64,000 bases of DNA from Escherichia coli (GCF_041886205.1 NZ_CP169029.1); one strand, 5' to 3'; positions 10,389 through 23,985 are shown, numbered from the stretch's first letter. Program-made: numbers and translations. The notes: generated by a model not told the origin, from the letters alone.

Positions 10389-11108
10389 TTACTCTTTATC
10401 GCCCAGCAGAACGGATTCCAGTGCGATTTTGATCATGTCGTTGAAGGTGGTCTGACGCTCAGCGGCAGTGGTCTGCTCGTGAGTGCGGATGTGGTCAGAC
10501 ACGGTACAGATGGTCAGGGCTTTCGCGCCAAATTCTGCAGCGACGCCGTAGATACCAGCCGCTTCCATTTCCACGCCGAGGATGCCGTATTTTTCCATCA
10601 CGTCGAACATTTCGCCGTCCGGAGAGTAGAACAGGTCAGCGGAGAACAGGTTACCCACGCGAGCATCAACGCCCAGTGCTTTAGCCGCGTCTACCGCGTT
10701 ACGCACCATGTCAAAGTCAGCGATAGCGGCAAAGTCATGGTCTTTAAAACGGATGCGGTTAACTTTGGAATCGGTGCAGGCACCCATACCGATAACGACG
10801 TCGCGTAGTTTTACGTGCGGCAGAACTGCGCCACAGGAACCCACGCGGATAATTTTCTTCACGCCGAAATCGGTGATCAGTTCTTTGGTGTAGATGGAGC
10901 AGGACGGGATACCCATACCGTGACCCATTACGGAAATTTTGCGGCCTTTGTAAGTACCGGTGAAGCCCAGCATACCGCGAACGTTGTTCACTTCACGGGC
11001 ATCTTCAAGGAAAGTTTCAGCAATATACTTCGCACGCAGCGGGTCGCCTGGCATCAAAACTACGTCAGCGAAATCGCCCATTTCTGCATTAATGTGTGGG
11101 GTAGCCAT
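10389..11108 (-). CDS. deoD: purine nucleoside phosphorylase DeoD
   Basis: Translation [33 protein letters not shown]... (239 aa); start trimmed to ATG at 11108. Confidence 0.93.
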   Translation of the reverse strand: MATPHINAEMGDFADVVLMPGDPLRAKYIAETFLEDAREVNNVRGMLGFTGTYKGRKISVMGHGMGIPSCSIYTKELITDFGVKKIIRVGSCGAVLPHVKLRDVVIGMGACTDSKVNRIRFKDHDFAAIADFDMVRNAVDAAKALGVDARVGNLFSADLFYSPDGEMFDVMEKYGILGVEMEAAGIYGVAAEFGAKALTICTVSDHIRTHEQTTAAERQTTFNDMIKIALESVLLGDKE

Positions 11109-11164
11109 TGTTTTATCCTTTTTGTGACATAACAAAGGCGGAGTCAACGCTCCGCCCAAATCCA

Positions 11165-12409
<1,245 letters not shown>

Positions 12410-12439
12410 TCAAATTTAAATGATCAGATCAGTATACCG

Positions 12440-13762
12440 TTATTCGCTGATACGGCGATAGACAGTTGGTGTGCTTTCCGGTGCTTTATCGGCAAGTTTA
12501 ATTGCCGCTTTCACCGCTTTCGCCGCTTCCTGCCAGCTGTTTTCGTCTTTCGCGTGGATAACCGCCAGCGGACGCTGACCGTCTACCTGGTCGCCCAAAC
12601 GCGCCATATCAGTAAAGCCGACGCTGTAATCGATGGTGTCAGATGCCTGACGACGACCGCCGCCCATTGCAACCACTGCCATCCCCAGCGCGCGGGTATC
12701 CATTTCACTGACAAAACCTTCGGTATCAGCATAGACTGCTTTCGTCAGCATCGCTGTCGGCAGATACTTCGCGTAGTTCTCAACGAAGTCGGTCGGGCCT
12801 TTTTGTGCCGCTACCATACGACCAAAGACTTCTGCCGCTTTACCGTTGTCCAGCACCGCCTGCAATTTCGCGCGCGCTTCGGCGTCATCTTTCGCCAGTT
12901 TGCCGGAGATCAGCATCTCCACACACAGCGCCATTGTGACATCAAACAGACGCGGGTTACGATATTCACCCGTCAGGAACTGCACCGCTTCACGAACTTC
13001 AACCGCGTTACCGGCACTGGAGGCCAGCACCTGATTCATATCGGTGAGCAGCGCGGTGGTGCGCACGCCAGCGCCGTTAGCCACGCCAACAATCGCTTCA
13101 GCAAGGGCTTCAGAGAGTTCGTAGGTCGGCATAAATGCACCGCTACCCACTTTCACGTCCATCACCAGCGCATCCAGACCTTCCGCCAGTTTCTTCGCCA
13201 GGATCGAGGCAGTGATCAGCGGGATGGAGTCCACGGTTGCGGTAATATCACGGGTCGCGTAGAAACGTTTATCCGCCGGAGCCAGTGAGCTGGTCTGACC
13301 GATAATCGCCACGCCGACGTCTTTAATAATTTCGCGGAAACGGTTGTCATCCGGGAAAATGTCGAAGCCAGGGATGGATTCCAGTTTGTCGAGCGTACCG
13401 CCAGTATGACCGAGGCCGCGACCGGAGATCATCGGAATATAGCCGCCGCAGGCAGCGACCATCGGCCCCAACATCAGCGAAGTGACGTCGCCGACGCCAC
13501 CAGTGGAATGTTTATCAACAATCGGGCCATTCAGATGCAGGCTTTTCCAGTCGAGAACGGTTCCTGAATCTCGCATCGCCATGGTCAGCGAGACACGCTC
13601 AGGCATTGTCATATCGTGGAAGAAAATGGTCATCGCGAGGGCGGCAATCTGCCCTTCGGAGATAGTGTTGTCGCGAATACCGTTGATAAAGAAACGAATT
13701 TCTTCATCGCTCAGCGCATGACCATCACGTTTTTTACGAATAATTTCTTGTGCGAGAAACAA
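12440..13762 (-). CDS. deoA: thymidine phosphorylase DeoA
   Basis: 440-aa [32 protein letters not shown]... matching DeoA. Confidence 0.93.
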
Positions 13763-13798
13763 GGTAACCTCCCGTGGAAAAGAGTATGAGGCGGCTTT

Positions 13799-13882
13799 TG
13801 CCGGATGCGTCTACGCCTTATCCGGCCTACGGGTAGATACGTCTCGTAGGCCTGATAAGCGCAGCGCATCAGGCGTAAAGCA
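13799..13882. repeat. REP element pair (BIME) in deoC-deoA intergenic region
   Basis: GCCGGATGCGTCTACGCCTTATCCGGCCTAC followed by the inverted copy GTAGGCCTGATAAGCGCAGCGCATCAGGCG. Confidence 0.6.
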
Positions 13883-13888
13883 TCTTAC

Positions 13889-14668
13889 TTAGTAGCTGCT
13901 GGCGCTCTTACCGTCGCCGTGGCCCAGCGCTTTCAACAGGCTTGCCAGCAGGCTGGAAGCGCCAAAGCGGTAGTGACGCGCATCTGCCCAGTCAGCACCG
14001 AACAGTTCATCTGCAATCGCGAGATATTTCTGCGCATCTTCCGCAGTACGCACGCCGCCCGCTGGTTTGAAACCAACGGTTTTTTCTACGCCCATATCAC
14101 GGATCACTTCCATCATGATGCGCGCGCTTTCCGGCGTCGCGTTCACAGCCACTTTACCGGTAGAGGTTTTGATGAAGTCCGCACCCGCTTTGATGGAGAT
14201 TTCAGACGCTTTACGGATCAGCGCTTCGTCTTTTAGTTCGCCGGTTTCGATGATCACTTTCAGCAGTACATTCGCTGCCGCGCAAGCCTCTTTACAGGCT
14301 TTCACCAGGTCAAAACCAACCTGCTCGTTACCCGCCATCAGCGCGCGGTACGGGAACACCACGTCAACTTCATCGGCACCGTAGGCGATTGCCGCACGGG
14401 TTTCTGCCAGCGCGATTTCGATGTCGTCGTTACCGTGTGGGAAGTTGGTTACCGTAGCAATACGGATTTCCGGGGTGCCCTGCTCTTTCAGTGTTTTGCG
14501 AGCAATCGGGATAAAGCGAGGATAGATACAGATAGCGGCGGTATTGCCGACCGGAGTTTTGGCCTGATGACACAGAGCAATTACTTTCTCGTCGGTGTCG
14601 TCGTCATTCAGGGTGGTCAGGTCCATCAATTTCAGTGCACGCAGGCTGCTTGCTTTCAGATCAGTCAT
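13889..14668 (-). CDS. deoC: deoxyribose-phosphate aldolase DeoC
   Basis: Translation [29 protein letters not shown]... (259 aa); start trimmed to ATG at 14668. Confidence 0.93.
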
Positions 14669-14712
14669 TTCATTCTCCTGGCTTGTCGCCAATAAAATTC
14701 ACCTTGCGAGTT

Positions 14713-14728
14713 TGTTAGTATTCTAACA
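14713..14728. promoter_or_regulatory. DeoR operator O2 (deoP2), palindrome TGTTAGTATTCTAACA
   Basis: 16-bp near-perfect palindrome 45 bp upstream of the deoC start; exactly 599 bp centre-to-centre from a second such palindrome, matching the known deoP1-deoP2 operator spacing. Confidence 0.6.
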
Positions 14729-14925
14729 TCTACTCCGCAACACACTTCGATATACATCACAATTAAGGAAATCTACTTACAAGTTTGCATCACTGTAATG
14801 CGATCTGGTTCAAATAATTCACTTTCAAATGAATGCGTCAGTGGTGGCAAACGCATCAGGATCAAAGTGAACATCACGAAACTTCTTACAATGGCGCATC
14901 ACCTTCGGCATAAAAGGAAAAGAAG

Positions 14926-16476
14926 ATGCCCACTTCTCATGAAAATGCACTGCAACAACGTTGCCAGCAAATTGTCACCAGCCCAGTGCTTAGCCCGGAG
15001 CAGAAGCGCCATTTTCTGGCTCTGGAAGCAGAAAACAATCTGCCTTATCCGCAGCTTCCTGCCGAAGCCCGCCGCGCGCTGGATGAGGGTGTAATCTGCG
15101 ATATGTTTGAAGGTCATGCGCCGTACAAACCGCGCTATGTCTTACCCGATTACGCCCGTTTTCTGGCGAACGGTTCCGAATGGCTGGAGCTGGAAGGCGC
15201 GAAAGATCTTGATGACGCACTCTCTCTGCTGACCATTCTTTACCACCACGTACCGTCGGTCACATCGATGCCGGTCTACCTGGGGCAACTGGATGCGTTG
15301 TTGCAACCGTATGTTAGAATTATAACACAAGACGAGATCGATGTTCGAATAAAACGTTTCTGGCGTTACCTCGACAGAACCCTGCCAGACGCCTTTATGC
15401 ACGCCAATATCGGCCCGTCTGATTCGCCCATTACCCGCGCGATCTTACGTGCAGACGCAGAGTTGAAGCAGGTTTCACCGAACCTGACCTTTATCTACGA
15501 TCCTGAAATCACCCCTGATGACCTGCTGCTGGAAGTGGCGAAGAACATCTGTGAATGTAGCAAACCGCACATCGCCAACGGTCCGGTGCATGATAAAATT
15601 TTCACAAAAGGGGGCTACGGGATTGTGAGCTGTTACAACTCACTGCCGCTGGCGGGTGGTGGCAGCACGCTGGTACGCCTTAACCTGAAAGCCATTGCCG
15701 AGCGCAGCGAATCGCTGGATGACTTCTTTACGCGCACTCTACCGCACTACTGCCAGCAGCAGATCGCCATCATCGATGCGCGGTGTGAATTCCTCTATCA
15801 ACAATCACACTTCTTTGAGAATAGCTTCCTGGTGAAAGAAGGGCTGATTAACCCTGAACGTTTTGTGCCAATGTTTGGCATGTATGGGCTGGCGGAAGCG
15901 GTTAACTTGCTGTGTAAGAAAGAAGGGATTGCCGCGCGCTACGGTAAAGAAGCCGCCGCAAATGAAGTGGGTTATCGCATCAGCGCGCAACTGGCGGAGT
16001 TTGTCGCCAATACCCCCGTGAAATATGGCTGGCAAAAACGCGCCATGTTACACGCACAGTCGGGGATCAGTTCCGATATCGGCACCACGCCGGGCGCGCG
16101 TTTACCCTATGGCGATGAGCCAGATCCGATCACCCATCTGCAAACTGTCGCCCCGCATCATGCTTATTATTATTCCGGCATCAGCGACATTCTGACGCTC
16201 GACGAAACCATCAAACGTAACCCGCAGGCGCTGGTACAGCTTTGCCTCGGTGCCTTTAAAGCCGGAATGCGTGAATTTACTGCCAATGTCAGCGGTAACG
16301 ATCTGGTTCGCGTTACCGGTTATATGGTGCGTTTGTCGGATTTAGAAAAATATCGCGCCGAAGGTTCACGCACCAACACCACCTGGCTGGGCGAAGAAGC
16401 CGCACGCAACACTCGTATTCTGGAACGCCAGCCGCGCGTGATAAGCCATGAACAGCAGATGCGCTTTAGTCAGTAA
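14926..16476 (+). CDS. yjjI: glycyl-radical-enzyme family protein YjjI (PFL-like, unknown substrate)
   Basis: 516-aa ORF with C-terminal glycyl-radical-type motif RVTGY; followed by its cognate activase gene. Confidence 0.85.
   Translation: MPTSHENALQQRCQQIVTSPVLSPEQKRHFLALEAENNLPYPQLPAEARRALDEGVICDMFEGHAPYKPRYVLPDYARFLANGSEWLELEGAKDLDDALSLLTILYHHVPSVTSMPVYLGQLDALLQPYVRIITQDEIDVRIKRFWRYLDRTLPDAFMHANIGPSDSPITRAILRADAELKQVSPNLTFIYDPEITPDDLLLEVAKNICECSKPHIANGPVHDKIFTKGGYGIVSCYNSLPLAGGGSTLVRLNLKAIAERSESLDDFFTRTLPHYCQQQIAIIDARCEFLYQQSHFFENSFLVKEGLINPERFVPMFGMYGLAEAVNLLCKKEGIAARYGKEAAANEVGYRISAQLAEFVANTPVKYGWQKRAMLHAQSGISSDIGTTPGARLPYGDEPDPITHLQTVAPHHAYYYSGISDILTLDETIKRNPQALVQLCLGAFKAGMREFTANVSGNDLVRVTGYMVRLSDLEKYRAEGSRTNTTWLGEEAARNTRILERQPRVISHEQQMRFSQ
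15312..15327. promoter_or_regulatory. DeoR operator O1 (deoP1), palindrome TGTTAGAATTATAACA
   Basis: 16-bp near-palindrome 599 bp from O2; lies inside the annotated 5' part of yjjI. Confidence 0.55.
15591..15606. promoter_or_regulatory. possible DeoR distal operator OE (TGATAAAATTTTCACA)
   Basis: Weaker palindrome 279 bp beyond O1 (878 bp from O2), matching the remembered OE spacing. Confidence 0.4.
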
Positions 16477-17311
16477 GATTATCCCCTTCTCCTGCGTTGA
16501 CGGGCCAGGCAGTCGTCTGGCTCTGTTTTTGCAGGGCTGCAATCTGCGCTGCAAAAACTGTCACAATCCGTGGACGATGGGACGTTGCAATGACTGTGGG
16601 GAGTGCGTGCCACAGTGTCCGCATCAGGCATTGCAGATTGTTGACGGCAAAGTGGTGTGGAACGCTGTGGTTTGCGAGCAGTGTGATACCTGCCTGAAGA
16701 GGTGTCCGCAACATGCCACGCCAATGGCGCAATCCATGAGCGTGGACGAAGTGCTTAGCCATGTCCGCAAAGCGGTGCTGTTTATTGAAGGGATAACGGT
16801 AAGCGGCGGCGAAGCCACGACCCAACTGCCGTTTGTAGTGGCGCTGTTTACTGCTATCAAAAACGATCCGCAACTGCGCCACCTCACCTGCCTGGTGGAT
16901 AGTAACGGCATGTTGAGCGAAACCGGCTGGGAAAAATTACTCCCGGTGTGTGACGGCGCAATGCTCGATCTCAAAGCGTGGGGGAGCGAATGTCATCAGC
17001 AATTAACCGGACGCGATAATCAGCAGATTAAGCGCAGCATCTGTTTGCTGGCAGAGCGCGGTAAGCTGGCGGAACTGCGTTTGCTGGTGATCCCTGGCCA
17101 GGTGGATTATTTGCAACACATCGAAGAACTGGCGGCGTTTATCAAGGGACTCGGCGATGTTCCGGCACGCCTGAACGCGTTTCATGCCCACGGCGTGTAT
17201 GGCGAGGCGCAAAGCTGGGCGAGCGCCACGCCGGAAGACGTTGAGCCGTTGGCTGATGCGTTAAAGGTGCGCGGGGTGAGCCGGTTGATATTTCCGGCGC
17301 TCTATTTGTGA
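16448..17311 (+). CDS. yjjW: glycyl-radical enzyme activating protein (radical SAM with ferredoxin-like Cys clusters) YjjW
   Basis: 287-aa ORF with several CxxC clusters ([32 protein letters not shown]); overlaps the yjjI 3' end by 29 nt. Confidence 0.85.
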   Translation: MNSRCALVSKIIPFSCVDGPGSRLALFLQGCNLRCKNCHNPWTMGRCNDCGECVPQCPHQALQIVDGKVVWNAVVCEQCDTCLKRCPQHATPMAQSMSVDEVLSHVRKAVLFIEGITVSGGEATTQLPFVVALFTAIKNDPQLRHLTCLVDSNGMLSETGWEKLLPVCDGAMLDLKAWGSECHQQLTGRDNQQIKRSICLLAERGKLAELRLLVIPGQVDYLQHIEELAAFIKGLGDVPARLNAFHAHGVYGEAQSWASATPEDVEPLADALKVRGVSRLIFPALYL

Positions 17312-17515
17312 CATGCCGGATACGGCCTACGGTTCGGCACAGACTTGTAGGCATGATAAGACGCGACAAGCGTCGCATCAGGCATTGTGCGCCAACTGCC
17401 GGATGCGGCGTGAACGCCTTATCCGGCCTACGGTTCGGCACAAACCTGTAGGCATGATAAGACGCGACAAGCGTCGCATCAGGCATTATGCGCCGACTGC
17501 CGGATGCTGCCTACG
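17312..17515. repeat. BIME: two near-identical tandem REP-containing units of about 90 bp
   Basis: Unit CGGCCTACGGTTCGGCACA-ACCTGTAGGCATGATAAGACGCGACAAGCGTCGCATCAGGCATT-TGCGCC-ACTGCCGGATGC occurs twice in tandem between the convergent yjjW and yjjV. Confidence 0.7.
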
Positions 17516-17524
17516 AAGGGTAAA

Positions 17525-18307
17525 CTACCCACTAACGCTAAACACCGCATACGTATTATTAAGCAACACTTCGGCAATCTCATCTTCTGGTTCCGGGCGC
17601 AACTCGCAAAGCACGTCAAACACCCGCGCAGCCTGTTCCGGGCGGTTAGGCTGCCCCTGAAAGCCGTTGAGCGGCATATCCGGCGCGTCGGTTTCCAGCA
17701 ACAACGATGCCAGCGGTAATTTTGCGATGACATCGCGGGTTTTACTGGCGCGTGGATAGGTGATAGTACCGCCTACGCCGATTTTGTAGCCCAGCTGTAA
17801 AAACCGCTCGGCCTGTTGCAGGCTGCCGGAAAAACCGTGAACCACGCCAGTGCGCGATAAATCGTGGCGTTTAAGATGCATCGCCAGTTTGTCGTGTGTG
17901 CGCCGTGAATGCAGGATCACCGGCAGATCGTAGCGTTTCGCCAGTTTCAGTTGTTCGTCGAGTAACCACTGCTGCCTCTCAAATTGCGGATCGTCGCCGA
18001 AGAGATCCAGACCGATCTCCCCCACCGCCACCACCTTCGCCGGACGCCTTTCCAGCGCCTGCTGTAGCTGATCAAGAGACACATCGCTATGTTTTTCCAA
18101 CATACCAGGATGCAAGCCCAATGCGGCATACAGCGGTTGATATTTTTCCGCTAACGCCTGCACGCGGGCAAAATTTTCCGCCTCGGTTGCCGGAACAATG
18201 ATCTTGCCTACGCCCGCTTGTGCCGCGCGTTGCAGGCTGGCCTCTTCATCGCCACTAAACGGCGGAAAATCAAAATGGCAGTGGGTGTCGATAAAACGGC
18301 AAATCAA
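17525..18307 (-). CDS. yjjV: TatD-family metal-dependent hydrolase/DNase YjjV
   Basis: 260-aa ORF beginning MICRFIDTHCHFDFPPF (TatD HxH metal motif). Confidence 0.88.
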   Translation of the reverse strand: MICRFIDTHCHFDFPPFSGDEEASLQRAAQAGVGKIIVPATEAENFARVQALAEKYQPLYAALGLHPGMLEKHSDVSLDQLQQALERRPAKVVAVGEIGLDLFGDDPQFERQQWLLDEQLKLAKRYDLPVILHSRRTHDKLAMHLKRHDLSRTGVVHGFSGSLQQAERFLQLGYKIGVGGTITYPRASKTRDVIAKLPLASLLLETDAPDMPLNGFQGQPNRPEQAARVFDVLCELRPEPEDEIAEVLLNNTYAVFSVSG

Positions 18308-19377
18308 GCCAGATCCTCATTGTTAAATGTCGGGTCGTTCGCCTGCGGAGCATCGCTCACTTCGGCAACCAGCGTATCGTTGGCGACTGGCGCAGGCGGA
18401 ATAACGATCGATTCCGGCGTCACCACTGGCACCAGATGGCGGGTAAGCGGCGCTTTTTCAGTTAATAGCTTGCCAACCGTGGCGAGGAAATATCGCCCGC
18501 ATAAACGCCCAAGTTTATAGTCTTCACGCAGCGCCGGAATCCGACTGCCAAGCGCGATACTATGTAATGGCTTCGGTGGATAAATTTCGAATATCCGCAG
18601 CTTGCCCGGTGGTTTCTCAATAAATTGCTGGATGTCACGATAGCTGGTTTCATGATGCTGCACCAGATTGACCAGCGGCTGCAGGCTACTGTCACCCAGC
18701 CAGCGTTCCATGCGTTTGAACCACTGCGGCGTGTAGTACATTTGTGACGGCACAGTGCGAATGACGACCAACGTTTTAGCGCCCTGCCTTGCCGCCTCTT
18801 TAACCGGAATCGCATCACTGATCCCGCCATCCAGGTAGTTAATGCCTTCCAGCGACACTCCGCTACGATAAAAGCCAGGTATCGCACTGGAGGCGCGAAT
18901 CACATCCAGCCAGTTTTGTTTGGTTGGTAAAAAGTAATTCGGCGCATAGTCATCCTGACGACAGGCGCACATATAAAACGATTTGCCGCTGTCAAACAAC
19001 CGCGCGGCGGTATCCATTTGCAACGGCATCTGACTTGCGGTGGCCTCCACCAGCCAGTCGAGATCGATAAGATTTCCTCCACGCACAAAGCGCAATGGAT
19101 CGAAAAATTCGCGTTTTGTGGTATAGCGCATGATGACTTTGCGCGCGTAACCGGGCTGATTGCAGATATACGCCGAGAGGTTCTGCGCCCCGGCAGATGT
19201 GCCGAGATAAAGATCGAAAGGATTAAACTGCGCGCGCATAAACTCATCCAGCACGCCAGCCGTGAAAATTCCACGCTGTCCGCCGCCTTCGCACACCAGA
19301 GCTATTCGTCCAGGCTGGAACGGCCTTAGCGACAACGGCGCAATATTACCAAGCGTTACAGGTATTCGCTGCCCCAC
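18304..19377 (-). CDS. yjjU: patatin-like phospholipase YjjU
   Basis: Patatin motifs GGGQRG and GTSAG; start trimmed to GTG at 19377 (357 aa); 4-nt overlap with yjjV start. Confidence 0.88.
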   Translation of the reverse strand: MGQRIPVTLGNIAPLSLRPFQPGRIALVCEGGGQRGIFTAGVLDEFMRAQFNPFDLYLGTSAGAQNLSAYICNQPGYARKVIMRYTTKREFFDPLRFVRGGNLIDLDWLVEATASQMPLQMDTAARLFDSGKSFYMCACRQDDYAPNYFLPTKQNWLDVIRASSAIPGFYRSGVSLEGINYLDGGISDAIPVKEAARQGAKTLVVIRTVPSQMYYTPQWFKRMERWLGDSSLQPLVNLVQHHETSYRDIQQFIEKPPGKLRIFEIYPPKPLHSIALGSRIPALREDYKLGRLCGRYFLATVGKLLTEKAPLTRHLVPVVTPESIVIPPAPVANDTLVAEVSDAPQANDPTFNNEDLA

Positions 19378-19498
19378 CTCTGCCTTCCTGTTTTTGTTGT
19401 GAAAGAATGACAAAGTAACGCAATTTATTATTCGCTAAAACCGCAAAAGCCAGTCCGCTGGACTGGCTTTGGATAAAATTTTCTTAATGGTCTGAAAT

Positions 19499-19660
19499 CT
19501 AGGGTCGTTTTCGGCCCATGAACAAACTCACCAGGAACAGAATAATCCCGACGACAAAGACAATTTTAGCTGCGCCTGCAGCGGTACCGGCCAGACCACC
19601 AAACCCAAGTGCGGCGGCGATTAACGCGATAACCAGAAATATGATGCCCCAACGAAACAT
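19499..19660 (-). CDS. ytjA: small membrane protein YtjA (DUF1328)
   Basis: Translation [53 protein letters not shown] (53 aa) from ATG at 19660. Confidence 0.8.
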
Positions 19661-19786
19661 AAGCGTCTCCTTTACCATAGTTAATGTCACCGCTTGATAT
19701 GAGCGTGAAAATCACTCAATGCGATATTTTTAGTGTGGTGCACATCGCGCCTCCCGACAAAGTTCGGGAGGACGAATTACGACGAA

Positions 19787-20392
19787 TTACTTAGTTTTCA
19801 GATCATTTTTAACGCTTTTCACACCATCTACCGCTTTGGCGATACTTTCAGCACGGTCGCTCTGTGCCTGGGAATCGACGGTACCGGAGAGCTGAACCAC
19901 GCCGTCGGTGGTTTCAACTTTCACATGACGGGAAGGGACGATATCGTCCGCCAGCAGTTTGGCTTTGATTTCACTGGTGGTGGCGGTGTCACCCGCGTAG
20001 CCCTTCACCGAGCCTTCTTTAGCGTCGCGAACGTGCAGTTTGTCGCTGACAGAGGTCACCCCTTCAACGCCTTTCGCCACTTTCACTGCCTCTTCGGCCT
20101 GGGCCTGGCTTTCAACGAAACCGCTCAGGGTCACGACTTTTTGATCGGTTTTTACAGAGATATCGGTGCTCTTGATGTTGTCATGATCCACCAGGGCCGC
20201 CTTCACTTTCGCGGTGATGGCGCTGTCATCCATGAAATTACCGACTTTATTCATAGAGCTATCGACTTTTTGCCCTGCGCTTTCATTGGTAGTCTGTGCG
20301 TTGTTTTCCGCGTAGGCAGAGCCGGTCGCGACGGCAGAGGTCAACATTACAGCCAGCAGAGTTTTCGAAATCTTCAGTCTTGTCATAGTCAT
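19787..20392 (-). CDS. osmY: osmotically inducible periplasmic protein OsmY (two BON domains)
   Basis: Translation [34 protein letters not shown]... (201 aa); start trimmed to ATG at 20392. Confidence 0.92.
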
Positions 20393-20748
20393 CGATTTAT
20401 TCCTGTATGTTTGCTCGTAATTTGAGCCTGGCAACACGAGGTTGCATTGCTGAATAGGGAGAGACTTCACCCTCTACAGAAGTCAATGGTCGCCATCACA
20501 AAAGCGATGGGTGATGAATAACGACCATTACAGCCTCTGAATCAGTTATTAATATCGGTAGAATGACAATCGACGGCTTTAGATACTGATATCTACGCAT
20601 TGAACGGTATTTAACGCCGTCAGAAATGTCATTACTTTGTTAAATATAGATCACAATTTTGAAACCGCTCGGGATATCAGCGAAAACATAAGCAAAAGTG
20701 AATGTTTTAAGAACATTCCGTAAGCGGCTAATAAGGAAGGGAAATTGA

Positions 20749-20774
20749 CAGGGCGCAGCGGCTACCGCGCCCTG
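20749..20774 (-). terminator. hairpin terminator downstream of prfC
   Basis: GC-rich inverted repeat CAGGGCGC..GCGCCCTG immediately 3' of the prfC stop on the minus strand. Confidence 0.45.
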
Positions 20775-20784
20775 GAGGCAAGAA

Positions 20785-22374
20785 TTAATGCTCGCGGGTC
20801 TGGTGGAACTGAACGTCCGGATAACGTTCCTGCGCCAGGCGCAGGTTGACCATGCTGGTAGCGATGTAAGCGAGGTTATCGCCGCCATCAAGCGCCAGTT
20901 GGCTTTCGTTCTTACGCTTGAACTCTTCGAATTTCTTCGCGTCCGCACATTCTACCCAGCGGGCAGTGGCAACGTTGACTGATTCATATACTGCTTCAAC
21001 GTTGTATTCGCTCTTCAGGCGCGATACCACCACATCAAACTGCAGCACACCAACAGCACCAACGATCAAATCGTTGTTGGAGATCGGACGGAACACCTGC
21101 ACCGCGCCCTCTTCGGAAAGCTGTACCAGCCCTTTGAGCAGCTGTTTTTGCTTCAGCGGATCTTTCAGGCGGATACGACGGAACAGTTCTGGTGCGAAGT
21201 TCGGAATACCGGTGAACTTCATCATCTCACCCTGGGTAAAGGTGTCGCCGATCTGAATAGTGCCGTGGTTGTGCAGGCCGAGGATATCGCCCGGATACGC
21301 TTCTTCAACGTGCGAACGGTCGCCCGCCATAAAGGTCAGCGCGTCGGAGATAACCACATCTTTCGCAGTACGCACCTGGCGCAGCTTCATGCCTTTTTCA
21401 TATTTACCGGATACTACGCGCATAAACGCCACGCGGTCGCGGTGTTTCGGGTCCATGTTGGCCTGAATTTTAAATACGAAGCCGGTAAATTTGTCTTCGC
21501 TCGCCTCTACGGTACGGGTATCAGTCTGACGCGGCATCGGCGCAGGGGCCCACTCCACCAGGCCATCCAGCATATGATCAACGCCGAAGTTACCCAGCGC
21601 AGTACCGAAGAATACCGGAGTGATTTCGCCCGCAAGGAACAATTCTTTGTCGAACTCGTTAGACGCGCCTTTCACCAGTTCCAGTTCGTCACGTAGCTGC
21701 TGTGCCAGATCTTCACCAACCGCAGCGTCGAGATCCGGGTTATTCAGCCCTTTAACAATACGGACTTCCTGAATCGTGTGGCCTTTACCGCTCTGATAGA
21801 GATAGGTTTCGTCTTTATAAAGGTGGTAAACGCCTTTAAACAGCTTGCCGCAGCCAATCGGCCAGGTGATCGGTGCGCAGCCGATTTTCAGCTCGTTCTC
21901 AACTTCATCGAGCAGTTCCATCGGGTCGCGGATATCACGGTCAAGTTTGTTCATAAAGGTGAGGATCGGCGTGTCGCGCAGACGGGTAACTTCCATCAGC
22001 TTACGGGTACGATCTTCAACACCTTTTGCGGCGTCGATAACCATCAGGCAGCAGTCCACCGCCGTCAGGGTACGATAGGTATCTTCCGAGAAGTCTTCGT
22101 GCCCCGGGGTGTCTAGCAGGTTAACCAGGCAATCGTGATACGGAAACTGCATCACAGACGTAGTAATGGAGATCCCACGCTGCTTTTCCATCTCCATCCA
22201 GTCCGACTTAGCGTGCTGGTTGGAACCACGGCCTTTTACTGTACCGGCGGTCTGAATGGCCTGTCCGAACAGCAGCACCTTCTCGGTGATGGTAGTCTTA
22301 CCGGCGTCCGGGTGAGAAATAATGGCAAAAGTGCGGCGCTTCGCCACCTCTTGCAAATAAGGAGACAACGTCAT
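20785..22374 (-). CDS. prfC: peptide chain release factor 3 (RF3), translational GTPase
   Basis: Translation [32 protein letters not shown]... (529 aa); start trimmed to ATG at 22374. Confidence 0.93.
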
Positions 22375-22464
22375 AATTCTTTCTTCTTGAGTAAGCGGCA
22401 TCGCGCCGCGCTTGTTGAAAACGAAAAATTGCGGCTATTTTACCCATCAACGGGGGGGAGGCAA

Positions 22465-23142
22465 TCAGTGTTTACACAGGAGCTGCTCCAGTTCGTGCAA
22501 CGAAGAAACGGTCCAGGTGGGCGCGATGCCTTCTGGTTGCTCGCGATGGTGCGCATTCAGCCAGCAGGTCGCAAGCCCGGCGTTGATGCCACCGAGAATA
22601 TCGGACTCGGCAGTGTCGCCAACCATCAGCACGCGTGAACGGTCAGGATTGCCCGCCTGTTCCAGCGCATAATCGAAAATTTTCTTATTCGGTTTGGCAA
22701 CGCCAACTTCTTCGGAAATCACCAGCAAATCGAAGTAATCACGCAGGCCCGTGCGTTCCAGACGCACTTGCTGCAAGGCGCTAAAGCCGTTGGTGATGAT
22801 GCCGATTTTAGCGTTGCCACGAATGGCGTTAAGCAGGGAAACCGCCCCCGGAAGCGGCGTGCAGATTTCCGCCATCGCATTAATAAAGGCATCGTTAAGC
22901 AAGCCTGCTTCAACTTTCAGCCGTTCGGCCCAGCTCTCAAAACGCCCGTGCTGAAGCTGTAATGAAGTGATCGCGCCGTTTTGATAATCCACCCACAGTG
23001 GCTTGTTAACGGCCTGATAGTCCTGAAAATCTTCAGCGGTAAAGGTGACGCTGTAATCAAGAAACATCCGCTGCAGGCCGGTGAATGAGTCAAATGTAAA
23101 CAGCGTTTCATCGGCATCAAAGAAAATCCAGTCCCACTTCAT
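22465..23142 (-). CDS. yjjG: HAD-family pyrimidine 5'-nucleotidase YjjG
   Basis: 225-aa [18 protein letters not shown] (HAD motif I DxDxT). Confidence 0.9.
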   Translation of the reverse strand: MKWDWIFFDADETLFTFDSFTGLQRMFLDYSVTFTAEDFQDYQAVNKPLWVDYQNGAITSLQLQHGRFESWAERLKVEAGLLNDAFINAMAEICTPLPGAVSLLNAIRGNAKIGIITNGFSALQQVRLERTGLRDYFDLLVISEEVGVAKPNKKIFDYALEQAGNPDRSRVLMVGDTAESDILGGINAGLATCWLNAHHREQPEGIAPTWTVSSLHELEQLLCKH

Positions 23143-23156
23143 TATTCCACCTTGTC

Positions 23157-23603
23157 TTACATACTGATTGGCAACGCCATGATGATGGCGTCTTCGCGAC
23201 CGTCCGTGGTGGGGTAGTAATTGCGGCGAATCGTCGCCTCGTTAAAGCCTAAACTTTCGTACAGGGCAATGGCGGCAGCGTTTGAAGCACGGACTTCCAG
23301 CCATAGTGTCGCCACGCCGCGTTTTTCCAGTTCGTCGATCAGATGTTCCAGCAGCGCCCTTCCCAATCCCTGACGCTGATAGTCAGGATCGACCGCAATA
23401 TTGAACAATGTAGCTTCATCCAGCACCACTTGCGTAATCGCAAACGCCGCCATTTTGCCGTTTTGCGTTAACTGAAAGTTGAGATAACGCTCGCCCTGGT
23501 TGCTGGCAAAGGTTTTTTCACTCCACGGAAAGGCGTGGGCGCGTTGTTCAATGTGGTAAGCCGCTGGTAAATCAGTCGTTTCGAGGGAAGAAATCGTGTT
23601 CAT
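23157..23603 (-). CDS. rimI: ribosomal protein S18 alanine N-acetyltransferase RimI (GNAT)
   Basis: 148-aa GNAT ORF with motif [10 protein letters not shown]. Confidence 0.9.
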   Translation of the reverse strand: MNTISSLETTDLPAAYHIEQRAHAFPWSEKTFASNQGERYLNFQLTQNGKMAAFAITQVVLDEATLFNIAVDPDYQRQGLGRALLEHLIDELEKRGVATLWLEVRASNAAAIALYESLGFNEATIRRNYYPTTDGREDAIIMALPISM

Positions 23604-23985
23604 ATGTGCAAATTTGTTGCCATAACGCGGCGCGTGCCGTTGGGTTTGCCCGTAATTCGGTGAGCGCCGGTGATGCCACCTGAGCGCCTTCCAGTGATAG
23701 CGGTTCGTCAGTACCCAACCGCCAGCTGTTGCAGCGACTGCCTTGCGGCAGCATCGCGATTTTTTCTGGCGTCAGTTGCAGCACTTGATCGGGGCTGACG
23801 GTTAATGCGCGCAGAACATCGCTCACTAAAGGATCAGTCAGGGCGGGAAGATCGTTTGCCACCATCACCAGACGGACGTGTGCCGGGATCGCAATGGCAA
23901 TCTCCCCCTGCAACGCGCCAGGGCGACGCAGCGACCACTGGGTAATGCCCAGTTGCTGTAACTGCCAGTCTCGTCGGGATGTCAT
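23572..23985 (-). CDS. holD: DNA polymerase III psi subunit HolD
   Basis: 137-aa ORF MTSRRDWQLQQLGITQWSLRRPGALQGEIAI...; 32-nt overlap with rimI as in E. coli. Confidence 0.9.
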   Translation of the reverse strand: MTSRRDWQLQQLGITQWSLRRPGALQGEIAIAIPAHVRLVMVANDLPALTDPLVSDVLRALTVSPDQVLQLTPEKIAMLPQGSRCNSWRLGTDEPLSLEGAQVASPALTELRANPTARAALWQQICTYEHDFFPRND

